DNA of 63,521 nt, filler included, from Octopus bimaculoides (taxonomy: Eukaryota), in assembly GCF_001194135.2 (NCBI RefSeq). It is 7 parts of 7 records of this genome, joined end to end, with 100 filler letters (N's around TTAATTAATTAA, not from the genome) between each part and the next. Parts side by side here need not be neighbours in the genome. Positions count along the whole stretch, not along the records: positions 22,318 to 45,091 come from NC_068982.1; 6 more parts are not named here. One strand, written 5' to 3'. Every line of letters begins with the position of its first letter. Within the stretch, counting starts at the first letter, position 1. Under the pieces are notes generated by a model that worked only from the letters and a program-made list of their open reading frames with translations, had not been told where the DNA came from and ran no database searches. Positions 24,009 to 35,851 of this stretch are shown here, one piece after another. A program made the position numbers and the translations under genes.

Positions 24009-24664
24009 TACACAAGCAGAAATACCCGGCGTTCATCGCGTTAAAGAAAATTAAAAAAAATTTTAAACGCTGTCTAGATTGCGCAGGTTTCAACTGCTAG
24101 TAGCTGAAATACCAACTTTCTGCATAACTCTGCATCCCATGCCAGCATGGAACATGGACGTTAAGTGAAATGTGTAAAGAAAGTTTTCCACTCATATATG
24201 TATATAATGTAAATACACGTTTCTCTAACTTATTTCGTAACCAAATAACAGGTACAGATTATAAACAATGAAAGGCCGTACGTGGAGTACACACACACAT
24301 ACACACAAACAGACAGCGAATATACCAGGTTATTGTTTCCCTTTTATACACACAGAAATACATTCATGCATGTCAGTCGAAAAATGAAAGTCTAATACTA
24401 ATACTTACTTCATCACTCGAAGTCTTACGTTGCCTGTAATTTTTGTTGCTTCTAACACTTGGGGCATGGCTGTTTTAACAACCAATCTAGTTCCATTGCA
24501 GAGTCTGGGTGTACCAAGGTTTCTTAATAGCATTATGGGAGCACCTGTTTTCATGATCAGAAATGTGATGGAAATCCTGGTGGCTGAAGTGAATTGAGGA
24601 ACTCCACTGGGTAATGCGTTACCTGTTCTTGATCAGGGACAGAGTCAAATGGTCTATATGAACA

Positions 24665-25004
24665 TTCAGATCCTCTTCTGGACGGTCTCCTAGTTTAAGT
24701 TGGAGAATGCTGCCATAATCCTTACCTTTAGTTCATCTTTGGTGTTACAAGGAGTTTTGTTGGTCTTTCGCTCAACTACACCCCAAACATAATAATCAAG
24801 GGGGTTGCAGTCTGTGGAGCTAGGTGGCCAGTTGTTAGGAGTGTTGTGGTCGCAGAAATTGTCTGACAGCCATGACTGGGTTCCCCTGCTTGTGTAGCAA
24901 GACGCAGAGTCCTGTTGTTAGACATACGGTCTTCCAGCAGCTGCCATCTTGACCCAGGGCAGCACTACATCCTCCAAGCATTTGATGTAGGCTTCCGTGT
25001 GAGA
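24665..25004 (-). pseudogene. DD37D (maT-family) transposase C-terminal remnant
   Basis: YIKCLEDVVLPW..QQDSASCYTSRGTQSWLSDNFCDHNTPNNWPPSSTDCNPLDYYVWGVVERKTNKTP; 37 residues between the second and third catalytic Asp. Confidence 0.85.
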
Positions 25005-25268
25005 AGTGAGGGGATGAACAAAAACGAGTTTTTTTAATGTTTAGCCATAGATCGATTTCTGGTTTAATGAGGCAATACCGCTTTACCGTCCCCAGTATGA
25101 CATAACTGAAAGTACATAATTATAAACATTTACACATAACATTCGAACACAATGTATCCACAGTGCATATACAAATTAGTTAAATCTAGTTGTATTACAC
25201 CACTAAACCAGAAATCGATCTATGGCTAAAGTTTTTGAAAAATCATTTTTGCCTATCCCCTCGTTTTC
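25003..25268. mobile_element. Fold-back / MITE-like element with ~65-bp inverted arms
   Basis: Perfect 27-bp inverted repeat at 25039-25065 and 25204-25230; imperfect similarity continues outward to 25003 and 25268. Confidence 0.7.
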
Positions 25269-27159
25269 AGTCCGTTTCTATATTATAAAAAAAGTAGTTT
25301 TAGAGCCATTTGGCGTCTTCTTCTAGCATGTTCGGTAGTTGCCCTTATAATTATATTTATAAAATTAGATACTTTGTATTAATTTTTACTTAAATTGGTT
25401 TTTACAAAAGTCACCGGCAGTAAATCAAAATTCCATAAATACTTAATTTTCAATTTTATTTGTTCATTCCAATTATGAATGTTTAATAATTGTATGCTGT
25501 GAGTTAAAATCACCGTTTTTTTTTTTTCAACATTTGTCTATTTATTAGCGAAGTATCATAAAATAATTTTTTGTTTTAATTGTGGAATTAAATGGTTTTG
25601 ATTTACTCTCACGTGACTTTTAGCCAACCCTGTATGAAATATCTATTAGACACATACACACACACGCACATACATACACACACACACTCCTCAGGTATGT
25701 TTATACATATATATTTATGTATATATATATACATATATATANNNNNNNNNNTATATATATATATACGTGTGCGTATGTGTACACTTATGCATGTATGTCA
25801 TGCATGTTTGTATATTTACATTGAAATGGGATCCAATGCATCTACATGTAAAAAGTCTGACTAAGATGCATTTGCCTAAAGCTCTTCTTACTTCGTCCAA
25901 ACATTCACACATATCCACACACACGCTCTCACTATTGAACATTCACAAACAATCATAATATGCACAGCCAATGAATTCGAAGAGGAAATTTCTATCAGTC
26001 TCAAATAGTATCAAAGAGTCAATGTAGTAAGTTTACTGCAGTCAGCCACTGCAAGCGAATAATTATTTAAATCTTAAACAAGCCGACAGACGGCTGTGAA
26101 TAAGTCATTGACAAAGTAAGAAAAAAATCTCAGTGTTATGTTAAGAAGAAAAAAAAACTAAACAAATGATAAAATATTAATAAAAGCAATGAACATCGAA
26201 CGCATGGGTGAAAGAAAAATAACTATATATCAAAACAGATTGTTTGCAAGCGTCCGGATATTCATTGCTCTAACGAGTATAGAAATAGAAGGTTTTAAGT
26301 ATAATTCTAAATGGCGTCTGAGCAAATATTATTCTCTAGTATTTTAGTTAGATGTTAGCAGACAATGAAAAGAAAACCAAAAAAACAAACTTAGCAAACA
26401 AGCAGAAACCAAAACACAATACTTGGCTATCGCAAGCCATTTTCTGTCGTTTTTGTTCTCTGTTGTTATTTTATGTAATTTTATTTCTTCCATAGAAGAC
26501 CAATGGAAGTGTGTCTCTTCACGAGAGCAGAGTGTGGAAGCAAAGAAAATAAGGAAACAACTATTGGAGGATATGACCGTTGTTTTACAGATCCGCAAAA
26601 CAAATGTTCCTCTAGAGAACGGAATAACAATGAAGGAACTAAATAAATAAATAAATAATAGATGCGTTGAATTATTACTTAAAAATATGGAGGATACTAG
26701 CGATTCGAAGAGAGACAGGATGTACAGAATTATGTTAAATTAGGACTACAATAGTATTTCAAATTTCATCAGCAACAATAACAAGGCTAATGTATGACTG
26801 AAAGGCCAAATAACAATAGTCATAGCTCTATTAGAACGGGAGGTGGAGAAAAAAAATCGAAATACTGGTAACACTTGAAACAACAAGTAAATCTAGGAAT
26901 AAAACAACAGGCATAATGTAATAATACTGGTGACAGGAGTCACAACAATAAGTGAGAGGGCAGTATTAACAATTGTGTGCTAAAATCGCATACAATGCTA
27001 TAATGAATACAATAGAAATGCTAGAATTAATAGAATGGTTGCTATTTATGGTATCAATAAAAAATATCTTGTACCAACAGCATTATTAGACATCCTAACA
27101 ATACTGTCGAAAATAGTACTCATTAATGTGTTGTTAAAAGTGAAAGTAATAATGGCTTT

Positions 27160-27343
27160 AAAACTTGGCACAAGGCCAGCAGTTTTTGAAGGGAGGGTGA
27201 GGTCGATTACATCGAACCCAGTGCTCAACTTATGAAAGGAAAATAGTCCTCGGCGAAATTTGAATCCAGAGCGTAAAGCCAGAAGAAACGCCACTAAGAA
27301 TTTTGTATGGCGTGTTAACGATTCTGCCAGCTCGATGCCTTAA
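27160..27343 (-). mobile_element. SINE family C
   Basis: GGCACAAGGCC tail, CCTCGGCGAAATTTGAA core, CTGCCAGCTCGATGCCTTA head. Confidence 0.8.
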
Positions 27344-27679
27344 AGTGAGAGTAATTATACTAATGCTGTTAATAATCTGCAGAAAAATGAGTTTCTAAGA
27401 ATACTATATCCGGACTAAATATCTGGGAAAGATTAGGATTCACACTTCTGTTTAGCTCACCACTAGAACTTGTCTTTGTGTTACTAGTATTGCAGTTGTT
27501 GTTCAGTCCCCAACGCTAATCGAGTGTACATGTGATAAAAGGCATTTTGCTATGACCATCCTGCTTTCATTTAATGTTCCCTTGTTTTAAGTTTCTAAAA
27601 CACTAAGGTTATTTGATTATAATTTCTAACGGATCGAATGACCACATAGAAGTCCCTTGGTTGATCCTGTCAAAACGTA

Positions 27680-28947
27680 TCAGGTCATCCCAAAAGTTCT
27701 GTCCGATTTTACCTTTTTTAGAATTGAATGAAATTTAATAGTATTTTAGAATGTCTAATGGAAGAATTGAAAATTATTTTTATGCATTTTTGTATATTTA
27801 AACTAAATAAATATTATTTTCCAGAATAATAGGATTTAAAATTTCTTTGCTTAAAGCCCTTTCTAACATGGAAGTATCCAAAGAGCATTTAAGGCACATA
27901 ATGCTTTATGAGTACAAAAAAGGAAACTCTGCAGCCGAAGCGACACGAAACATACACTCAGTTTATGGGAAAGAATGCTTGAATGAAAAACTTGCAGAAG
28001 ATGGTTTGCAAAATTCAGAAGTGGGGATTTCAGCCTTGAGGATGAAGATCGAACAGGACGTCCAGTTGAGTTTGATGATAAGCTCCTCCAGGCATAACTT
28101 GAAGAAAATCCTGCATTATCAGTTGAAGAATTGATAATAAAGCTTAGTTCAAACCATACAACTGTTCATCGTCATCTTCAACAACTTGGAAAGGTTCTTA
28201 AACTTGGAAAATGGGTGCCTAATAAATTGTTCGAAAGCAACCGCAAATCCCGAGTTGACAGCTGCTCTTCTCTCCATTCTCGCGAACTTATTTCACCCTT
28301 TTTGGGTAGACTTGTGACTGGTGACGAAAAATGGATCTTCTATCGAAATGTTAAATGTCGTAAACAGTGGCTTGGTAAAAAGGGAAAAAAACTCAACCAC
28401 AACTGAGAAGGGAAAAAGGTTCTTCTCTCTGTTTGGTGGGATTGCAAAGGAGTAATTCACTTTGAATTGTTACCACCTAATGCAACAATCAATGCTCAAG
28501 TCTACTGTCAGCAATTAGAGCGTTTGAAACAAGCTTTGAAGAAAAAAAGACCCGCTTTAGTGAATCGAAAAGAACAATGTTTCATCAGGACAATGCTCGA
28601 CCCCACACTGCAAAGATCACATCACAGAAGATCGAAGAACTTGGTTGGGAAAAAATTCCTCATTCACCTAATTCTCCCGATCTTGCTCCTTTAGACTACC
28701 ATTTGTTTCCTAGTTTACAGAATCATTTGGGGGACATAACTTTCGCAAGCCAGGAGGAGGTCAAAACTGCCATTTCAGAGTTCTTCGCTTTGAAACCAAA
28801 AGAGTTTTACATTGATGGGATACAAAAAGCTTGTAACTAGATGGCAGGAAGTCATAGATAATCAGGGAAATTACATTGATGATTAAATTTCAATTAAATA
28901 TAACATTTGATCACTTGTTTCCTTTATTCAAAATTCGGATGACCTCA
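27680..28947 (+). mobile_element. Near full-length mariner transposon (DD34D)
   Basis: TA-TCAGGTCATCCCAAAAGTTCTGTCCGATTTT left TIR; right end AAAATTCGGATGACCTCA-TA (TIR internally shortened); about 1.27 kb. Confidence 0.92.
27868..28886 (+). pseudogene. Mariner transposase pseudogene
   Basis: MEVSKEHLRHIMLYEYKKG..AAEATRNI, WVPNKL, VTGDEKW, VWWDCKG, FHQDNARPH, HSPNSPDLAPLDYHLF; several frameshifts (split across ORFs 27847, 28131, 28467, 28577). Confidence 0.92.
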
Positions 28948-29264
28948 TAAATATTATCAAAACTACTGTCAGTGATGTAAGTTCTGGTTCTAATTTCTAC
29001 TTCCATTGTAAGTTATTTCGCTTTATTCAAGTCAATAATTGCAGAGAGAATCTTAAACAGATGTAGACAATTTCTTGACCATTCTGATTTTGTGACAGAA
29101 TGACCATCTAAATATTGTCAACACCCATACTAGTACTCGACACGTTGAAATAAATACAAGTGACATGTTAGACGAATTGATTTGAAAGAAACCAATGCTA
29201 ACAAAATATTGTTTAACCAGTTGGGAACAAGGAAAAGAAATCATAGAATAAATTGATCAAGGGG

Positions 29265-29504
29265 GAAGGTGAGACGGTGGGGTTCGAAGTTTGCTTCCCA
29301 ACCACATGGTTTCCAGTTCAGTGCGTGGCACTTTGTCCCCTCTATCATATTTTTATTGGTACCGTAATTAACAGGCATTCTGTTAATTCTAGCATTTCTA
29401 TTGTAATCATTACAGTGTTGTGAGCAATGATGGCATACAATTGTTAATACTGTCTCTTAGCTTCGGGCCGACCTAAACCTTGTGACGGAAACTGAAAGAA
29501 GCCC

Positions 29505-29552
<48 letters not shown>

Positions 29553-29740
29553 CGTGCACTGTCTTCGTGTCTGCTTCTCTCCCCAAACGCCACTTGACAA
29601 CTGATGTTGGTATGTTTACGTACCCGTTGTTCGAAAATCAGTACAACTCTTAACGGAAAGTACTGGGGTTGATTCATTTGACTAAAAAATCTTCAAGGTG
29701 CTGCCCCAGTATGACCGCAGACTAACAAATAAAGGGTAAA
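29265..29740 (+). mobile_element. SINE family A, diverged and interrupted
   Basis: Head CCAACCACATGGTTTCC, GAAACTGAAAGAAGCCCGAC + (GT)n and tail GCTGCCCCAGTATGACCGCAG; about 115 bp of unrelated sequence at 29340-29455. Confidence 0.7.
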
Positions 29741-31009
29741 AGATGAAAATATGTTGTTTGTTGGGTTTTTTTCCAAATCGGTATTAACATGATTACGTCC
29801 ATGTGACGTTTACTGACGACATGCAATTATAAACATCACAGTATTTGATTCCATAAATGCCATCCATATACAAAATTTTACATTCAACAAATAATATTAA
29901 CTTTACCCTCTAGTTTCCACCCGATAATTTGAGAAAGTACATGGTAGAAATTCAAATCCAAATAGGGCAAATACAATAGGATTAGCCTCTCGAATATTGT
30001 AGATACATTTAACAAAACCAAATAGTGCCATCATTTTCCATCCTTAAATTCAGTTGTGCCACGAATTTCAAAGAAATAACTCAATCATTCAGAAACACCC
30101 AGCATGTATTTTGATTACCCTAAATGAAAATATTCTCAAAATGGAGATTCACTCAAGTGTCAAAACTTCCCAATTTACTTACTAGTAAAAACATACATGA
30201 AGAAGTTACTGATTGCTTTCACAAATTTTCCAATACCTATGAATACATAGCCAATTGATTTCCACATGTTAGGAGAAGAAGAAGAAAAAAAGAAGAAAAG
30301 CCATGTTGTTAGCACTTGAGACAACCAACAATTAACGCCCTAAAGTTAGTCAATAATTTACACAGACATTATGCGGACTGATTAATTCCTTTCACTTCCA
30401 GAATTTTACTAACACAAGCCAACAAAGATACTTTGAATCTGAACCCACTCATAGTTCAGCTGAACAAAGAATATGTATTCTGTGATCTTAATCTTCTTTT
30501 TAATTCTTTCTGTCACAGATATTTCACAGTTAATTGTTTATAAATAGTATATAGTGCATCTTCTTTAAACGAATGAAAGTAAAACATTAACTAAATACGA
30601 AATATATATATATGTAGACGTATATGTGTGTATGCGTGTGTGCGTGTATGTGTGTGTGCAGGTGAGTGTATAGATAGATAGATAGATAGCTAGATAGATA
30701 GATAGATAGATAGTTCAGAGATAATTGAGGGACATAGAATCATAAAAACTGAATAATGTTTTTTGCTCTTTAAAATTCAGATCAGGTTTGCCAAAGAGAC
30801 ATTTACACTGTTTACTTCTTGAGAAATTTCAAACAAACATATTTTAGTCTTGTTTAATGTTTACGTAGTACACTTGGTGCTACTCGTCACTCCCTAGACA
30901 TTCATTTTGGTTTCATGGGGAGAATGATAAAAATGCTGAAAATAAAAAGTTACGAGTGTGAAAAGGATGTCTCTAATTGAAATTTCAAGTTCTCTAATTT
31001 CTTCTTAGT

Positions 31010-31500
31010 CGTTTACCTTACATTCACGACACCAGCCAATAAAGGAATCTCTACGTGACTTCCTAACCTGTCAGAAATAGCAACTTAATCTTCAGACAAC
31101 ATCAGTGGTTCTCAACTGCTTTTTATCTATGGACTCCTTTGATTACTATTCTATTCTGGTGGACTCCCATAGCCATTCAATGTTTAAAAACTAGTTTATA
31201 GATACTTCTTTCAAATTTCCTATTTTGCCTTTCATACGTTAACCTATGTAAGCTGAACTATGTAAACTATCCGAGACAGAAACGGAGCTGTTTCTTGCAA
31301 TAAATACATTCAGAGTAACACTTTTTCATGGATACTTTATATACTGTGTATACCCAATCTACTATTTTGCTTAAAATCTTATATGGACCCCGGTTGAGAA
31401 CCACTTGATTACCCTATGTTTTAAAAATAATACATTAAATGATGTACAGGGTACATTATGTCTGAGTAAAATGGGTTATTCATTACCGAAATGCTCAAAC
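31010..31500 (-). repeat. Unclassified interspersed repeat (family E), split by the hAT MITE; related pieces near 20720, 27490-27660, 34820-35010
   Basis: Shared degenerate motif GCTATTTCT...CACGTAGAG/GAAG between copies; highly diverged. Confidence 0.4.
31103..31406. mobile_element. hAT (Charlie-like) MITE
   Basis: TIRs CAGTGGTTCTCAAC / GTTGAGAACCACT; the 8-bp TSD is not recognisable. Confidence 0.75.
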
Positions 31501-31556
31501 TATTTGTGTATTCGAGGAGAAAAGTGTTTTTGCATCTATTGTATGGTATATATAGT

Positions 31557-31944
31557 GGAGGCGCAATGGCCCAGTGGTTAGGGCAGTGGACTCGTGGTCA
31601 TAGGATCGCGGTTTCGATTCCCAGACCGGGCGTTGTGAGTGTTTATTGAGCGAAAACACCTAAAGCTCCACGAGGCTCCGGCAGGGGATGGTGGCGAACC
31701 CTGCTGTACTCTTTCACCACAACTTTCTCTCACTCATACTTCCTATTTCTATTGTGCCTGTAATTCAAAGGGTCAGCCTTGTCACACTGTGTCACGCTGA
31801 ATATCCCCAAGAACTATGTTAAGGGTACACGTGTCTGTGGAGTGCTCAGCCACTTGCACGTTAATTTCACGAGCAGGCTGTTCTGTTGATCCGATCATGT
31901 GGAACCCTCGACGTCGTAAGCGACGGAGTGCCAACAACAACAAC
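31557..31944 (+). mobile_element. SINE family B (OR2-like), full length
   Basis: tRNA-like head with A box TGGCCCAGTGG and B box GGTTTCGATTCC, ~300-bp body, (CAA)n tail; three other copies in the window. Confidence 0.92.
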
Positions 31945-33947
31945 GTTATATATAAAATGAATGGTTTTGCACATAATAAATTATTACATTTTTATTTCTA
32001 GTTTTAGGCTATATTTTTTTTATCATTTACCACATACAATTACCTTTTTTCTTCTTCCCCACCTCTCTCTCTCTTTCTCTTCCCCCTTTCTGCATTTACG
32101 TGCGTGAATGCGTTAACTATATACCTATAGCTGTGTACGTTGATTCGTATTTCTTAATGTTGGTTGTCTGTCCACACAGGTATCTGCTCATGTGTGTATG
32201 TGTGCGCATGTGTGTCAGCGCGCGCGTGTGAATATATTTTAAATGTTTTATCAAGATCTTTATTATCTTTATTTTAACATAACGGATCTTATCAAGTTCT
32301 TGTCTCATCTCATTGTCACACAATTAGTGAGGTAACACTTATACTAGTGATGACAAGAATAAAACAATTACTAGCGACACATCTACAATAATAATAAGAC
32401 GAATATAAACAACAAAGACAACAAATAATGACTATGAAGTAAACTAAGAAAGCAGAAAATTTGATTTTGATAAAAGGGTGCCTTTAAATCACATCAAACC
32501 AAAGAAATGGAAACCAGACAAAGAACTTAAATCGTACAAAATTTAAACGAAATGAAACGAAATAAAACCAACCCAATCCGTACTACACAAACTAGGCAAA
32601 GATTAAACTAAACCAAACAAATCGAATGTAAGCCAAACTAAACCAAATCAAAACTTAACTAAACTAAATCAAGTCATTCTAATGACAAATATAAAAACGC
32701 AAAAGTACGAAGCCAAATACGAGGAAATAACCCAACAATATTATTCCAATAGATTCCGATATCGTATGCTATTGTCTCTTATTAAAAGTAACTCTCTCTC
32801 TCTCTCCCTCTCCCCCTCTCTCTCTCTATTTCTGTTAGAATTTTATTGCTATTAATATATAACACATCTTTCTTTTCCATTTCCTTCGTCCTTTATATTA
32901 TCTTTCTCATTTTCCTTTCTTTTTTCCCCAATTTACCTTATTTCTGCTTTTCTTTTTACTTTTTTCATTTACCTTTTTTCCTTTTTGTCCTGTCTTTTTT
33001 CTTTCTTTTGAGCATTTCTTTGTTTTATTTCGTCTCTTCTTTCTTTGTATTTGTTTTTTTTTCCTCAATTCTTTTTTCTCTTCCAACTTCTCTTCGTTAC
33101 CCTCTCTTTTCCACCTTTTATTCCACACTAAACATTTTATTTTTTTTTCTCTTCTTAAGTCTTGTTTCTATATCTTGCCTCTTTTTCTGCCATCTCTCTT
33201 CTTTTTTTTTTATTTCCTTTTTTTCCATAACATTTGTTTTGTGTCACATTATCCGAATCTGTCAATATTTTTATTTACTAATATTCAGTATCATATTCAT
33301 TTGTTTATCATTCAGATTTTAAGATGCAGCGAGGAAGATTGGAAGAAACTAGTGGATGGCAGCTATATCAATATGGCACCTTTAGACAAGATAACAGGAC
33401 GAGAAAACTAAGTGTGATGGGAATGATAGACACAAGACGGCATTTGAAGATAAGATGGCCGCAATGTGACAAAATGGCATTCACTGATGAAACAATATGG
33501 ATATCGTAGATAAAAAAAAACAAACGCTGGGAAAATAAAGTTAAAAGGGAGATGCAGATATCTGAGTCGATAATTTTTGGAGGAACAGCGGAGATGTAAG
33601 GAACAGCGATGTTACTGGTTCGTTTCCTGTTGCTACTCCTATAATCAGTCAAGACACTTAGTCAAAACACTCAGTAGCTCATTGTACTACTTTTGGTAAA
33701 ATGTTGCTGTTGTTGTTGTTATTAGGATCTTTTTTAAAACGGGGGCCACATTTTTCATTAACGAAACACTTTGAAACATGGAACACTGGTAGAATGTGTC
33801 ATATAAAACATCTTTTTCTCTTAGTCTTCTTAAAAAAAAAGAAATCCATAAGTTATTCCATGTTAAAGTTGTCGTATTTCTGTAATTTCAACCATTCAGC
33901 CGATATACATTAAGTGCCGACTACATAAACAAATGATTCTGAAACAA

Positions 33948-33999
33948 TTAACCCTAACCCTAACCCTAGGGTTAGGGTTAGGGTTAGGGTTAGGGTTAA
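33948..33999. repeat. Palindromic telomere-type repeat (TAACCC)3-TA-(GGGTTA)5
   Basis: TTAACCCTAACCCTAACCCTAGGGTTAGGGTTAGGGTTAGGGTTAGGGTTAA read directly. Confidence 0.95.
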
Positions 34000-34187
34000 A
34001 GCAAATTTAAAATGAAAAAAGCAAATAAAACGAAGGTATGGAGATTAAATACGCNNNNNNNNNNNNNNNNNNNNNNNNNNNNNNNNNNNNNNNNNNNNNN
34101 NNNNNNNNNNNNNNNNNNNNNNNNNNNNNNNNNNNNNNNNNNNNNNNNNNNNNNNNNNNNNNNNNNNNNNNNNNNNNNNNNNNNNNN

Positions 34188-34490
34188 CAGACCGGGCGTT
34201 GTGAGTGTTTATTGAGAGAAAACACCTAAAGCTCCTAGAGGCTCTGGCAGGGGATGGTGGCGAACCCTGCTGTACTCTTTCACCACAACTTTCTCTTCCT
34301 GTTTCTGTTGTGCCTGTAATTCAAAGGGTCAGCCTTGTCACATTGTGTCACGCTGAATATCCCCAAGGACTACGTTAAGGGGTACACGTGTCTGTGGAGT
34401 GCTCAGCCACTTGCACGTTAATTTCACGAGCAGGCTGTTCCGTTGATTGGATCGACTGGAACCCTCGGCGTCGTAAGCGACGGAGTGCCC
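34188..34490 (+). mobile_element. SINE family B (head lost in gap)
   Basis: Matches 31622-31932. Confidence 0.9.
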
Positions 34491-35040
34491 CCGCTAAGAT
34501 TGTATTTAGGATAGCATAATCCAATGTTTTGTTCTATTTTAAAAACAGTTGGATATGTGCTATGCAAGATACATGAAAGCAAGTTCTTACTGGTTAAGCG
34601 AGCGCTTGTCAATATATCTTCGTTGTCTCATTGTTAGTAAGTATCAAAAGGTGGACTGAATTTTACTACTGTAAGCTGCATTTGGTTTGTTAAAGTAATC
34701 AGCATCCCCGGGGAAAGTCATGTTTGGTAGCTTAGTTTCATATCTGGAAAATTTGTTTCGCATCCACTTAACGCCACAGAAGTTCAAAAGTTCCCTTGTT
34801 TACGTTCTTGTTTAAAACCATGCAAGTCCAGATCAAGCAGATCTATGATCAAAAGCAATCAAAGTTGTTATCATGCCAGTCGTTTTCAGGTATTTTGCAT
34901 CTGAAGCATATTTTTTAAATTCTATTCCTTATCAACTTTGAGAGAGATTTTATGGAAATTTGACTGCTATTTCTGTATCAGATAGAGCAACCACGTAGAA
35001 GGCTTCTGGATTGTACATAAAGCCAGTGAAGAGAAATATT

Positions 35041-35453
35041 CTTTTCTACTCTAGGCACAAGGCCCGAAATTTGGGGGGAGGGGGCCAGTCGATCATATCG
35101 ACCGAGTATGTAACTGGTGCTTAATTTATCGACCCCGAAAGGATGAAAGGCAATGTCGACCTCGGCGAAATTTGAACTCAGAACGTACGAAATACTGCTA
35201 AGCATTTCGACCGGTGTGCTAATGTTTCTTCTTTCTTTACTGCCCACAAGGGGCTACACACAGAGGGGACAAACATGGGCAGACAAACGGTTTAAGTCGA
35301 TTCCAGTACGTAACTGGTACTTAATTTATCGACCCCGAAAGGATGAAGGGTAAAGTCGACCTCGGCGGAATTTGAACTCAGAACGTAGCGGCAGACGAAA
35401 TACCGCTAAGCATTTCGCCCGGCGTGCTTAACGTTACTGCCAGCTCGCCGACT
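35041..35453 (-). mobile_element. Tandem/nested pair of family C SINEs with different tails
   Basis: Core ACTTAATTTATCGACCCCGAAAGGATGAA..GTCGACCTCGGCG.AATTTGAACTCAGAACGTA occurs twice (about 35118-35188 and 35318-35388). Confidence 0.9.
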
Positions 35454-35727
35454 TAGTGTAAAAGTAATATTAATAAATAAATGTATCGTTTTAAAGTTTT
35501 TACTTTTAGTTCTGAAAAAACTATCTACTCAAGTTAATAAAATCTGCTATTCCACATACTGAAGATATCTCCCACAGAAATGGTTGGATGATTCGAAATG
35601 TTATTGGTTCTGACGCCTTAGTGTATGTCCGATACCGTACAGGAAAATTTTAGTAAGAATGCATAAACCAGGTAGTTTAGTAAAGTGATGGTAATGTTAA
35701 GGAGTTGATTTCACACATTAGAGAGCA

Positions 35728-35851
35728 GTATGAAGAGTACAACGAAGAGTACAACGAAGAGTACAACGAAGAGTACAACAAGAGTATACAATGAAGAGTA
35801 CAATAAGTGTATACAATGAAGAGTACAACAAGAGTAGTATGAAGAGTATTC
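35728..35851. repeat. 12-bp minisatellite (GAAGAGTACAAC)n
   Basis: Four perfect units followed by degenerate units. Confidence 0.9.

Noticed and set aside
26496-26650. Exon after the strong acceptor TTTTATTTCTTCCATAG
   Set aside because: All frames stop without a good donor and no peptide is recognisable. Similar unsupported acceptors occur at 16450, 30401 and 33315 (+) and 15959 (-).
31557-31632. tRNA gene calls for SINE heads (also 37356 and 42740-42858)
   Set aside because: A and B boxes are present but there is no convincing cloverleaf, and each head continues into a multicopy SINE body.
33948-33999. Ancestral telomere-telomere fusion site
   Set aside because: A fusion gives (TTAGGG)n(CCCTAA)n; the polarity here is reversed and the tract is only about 50 bp.
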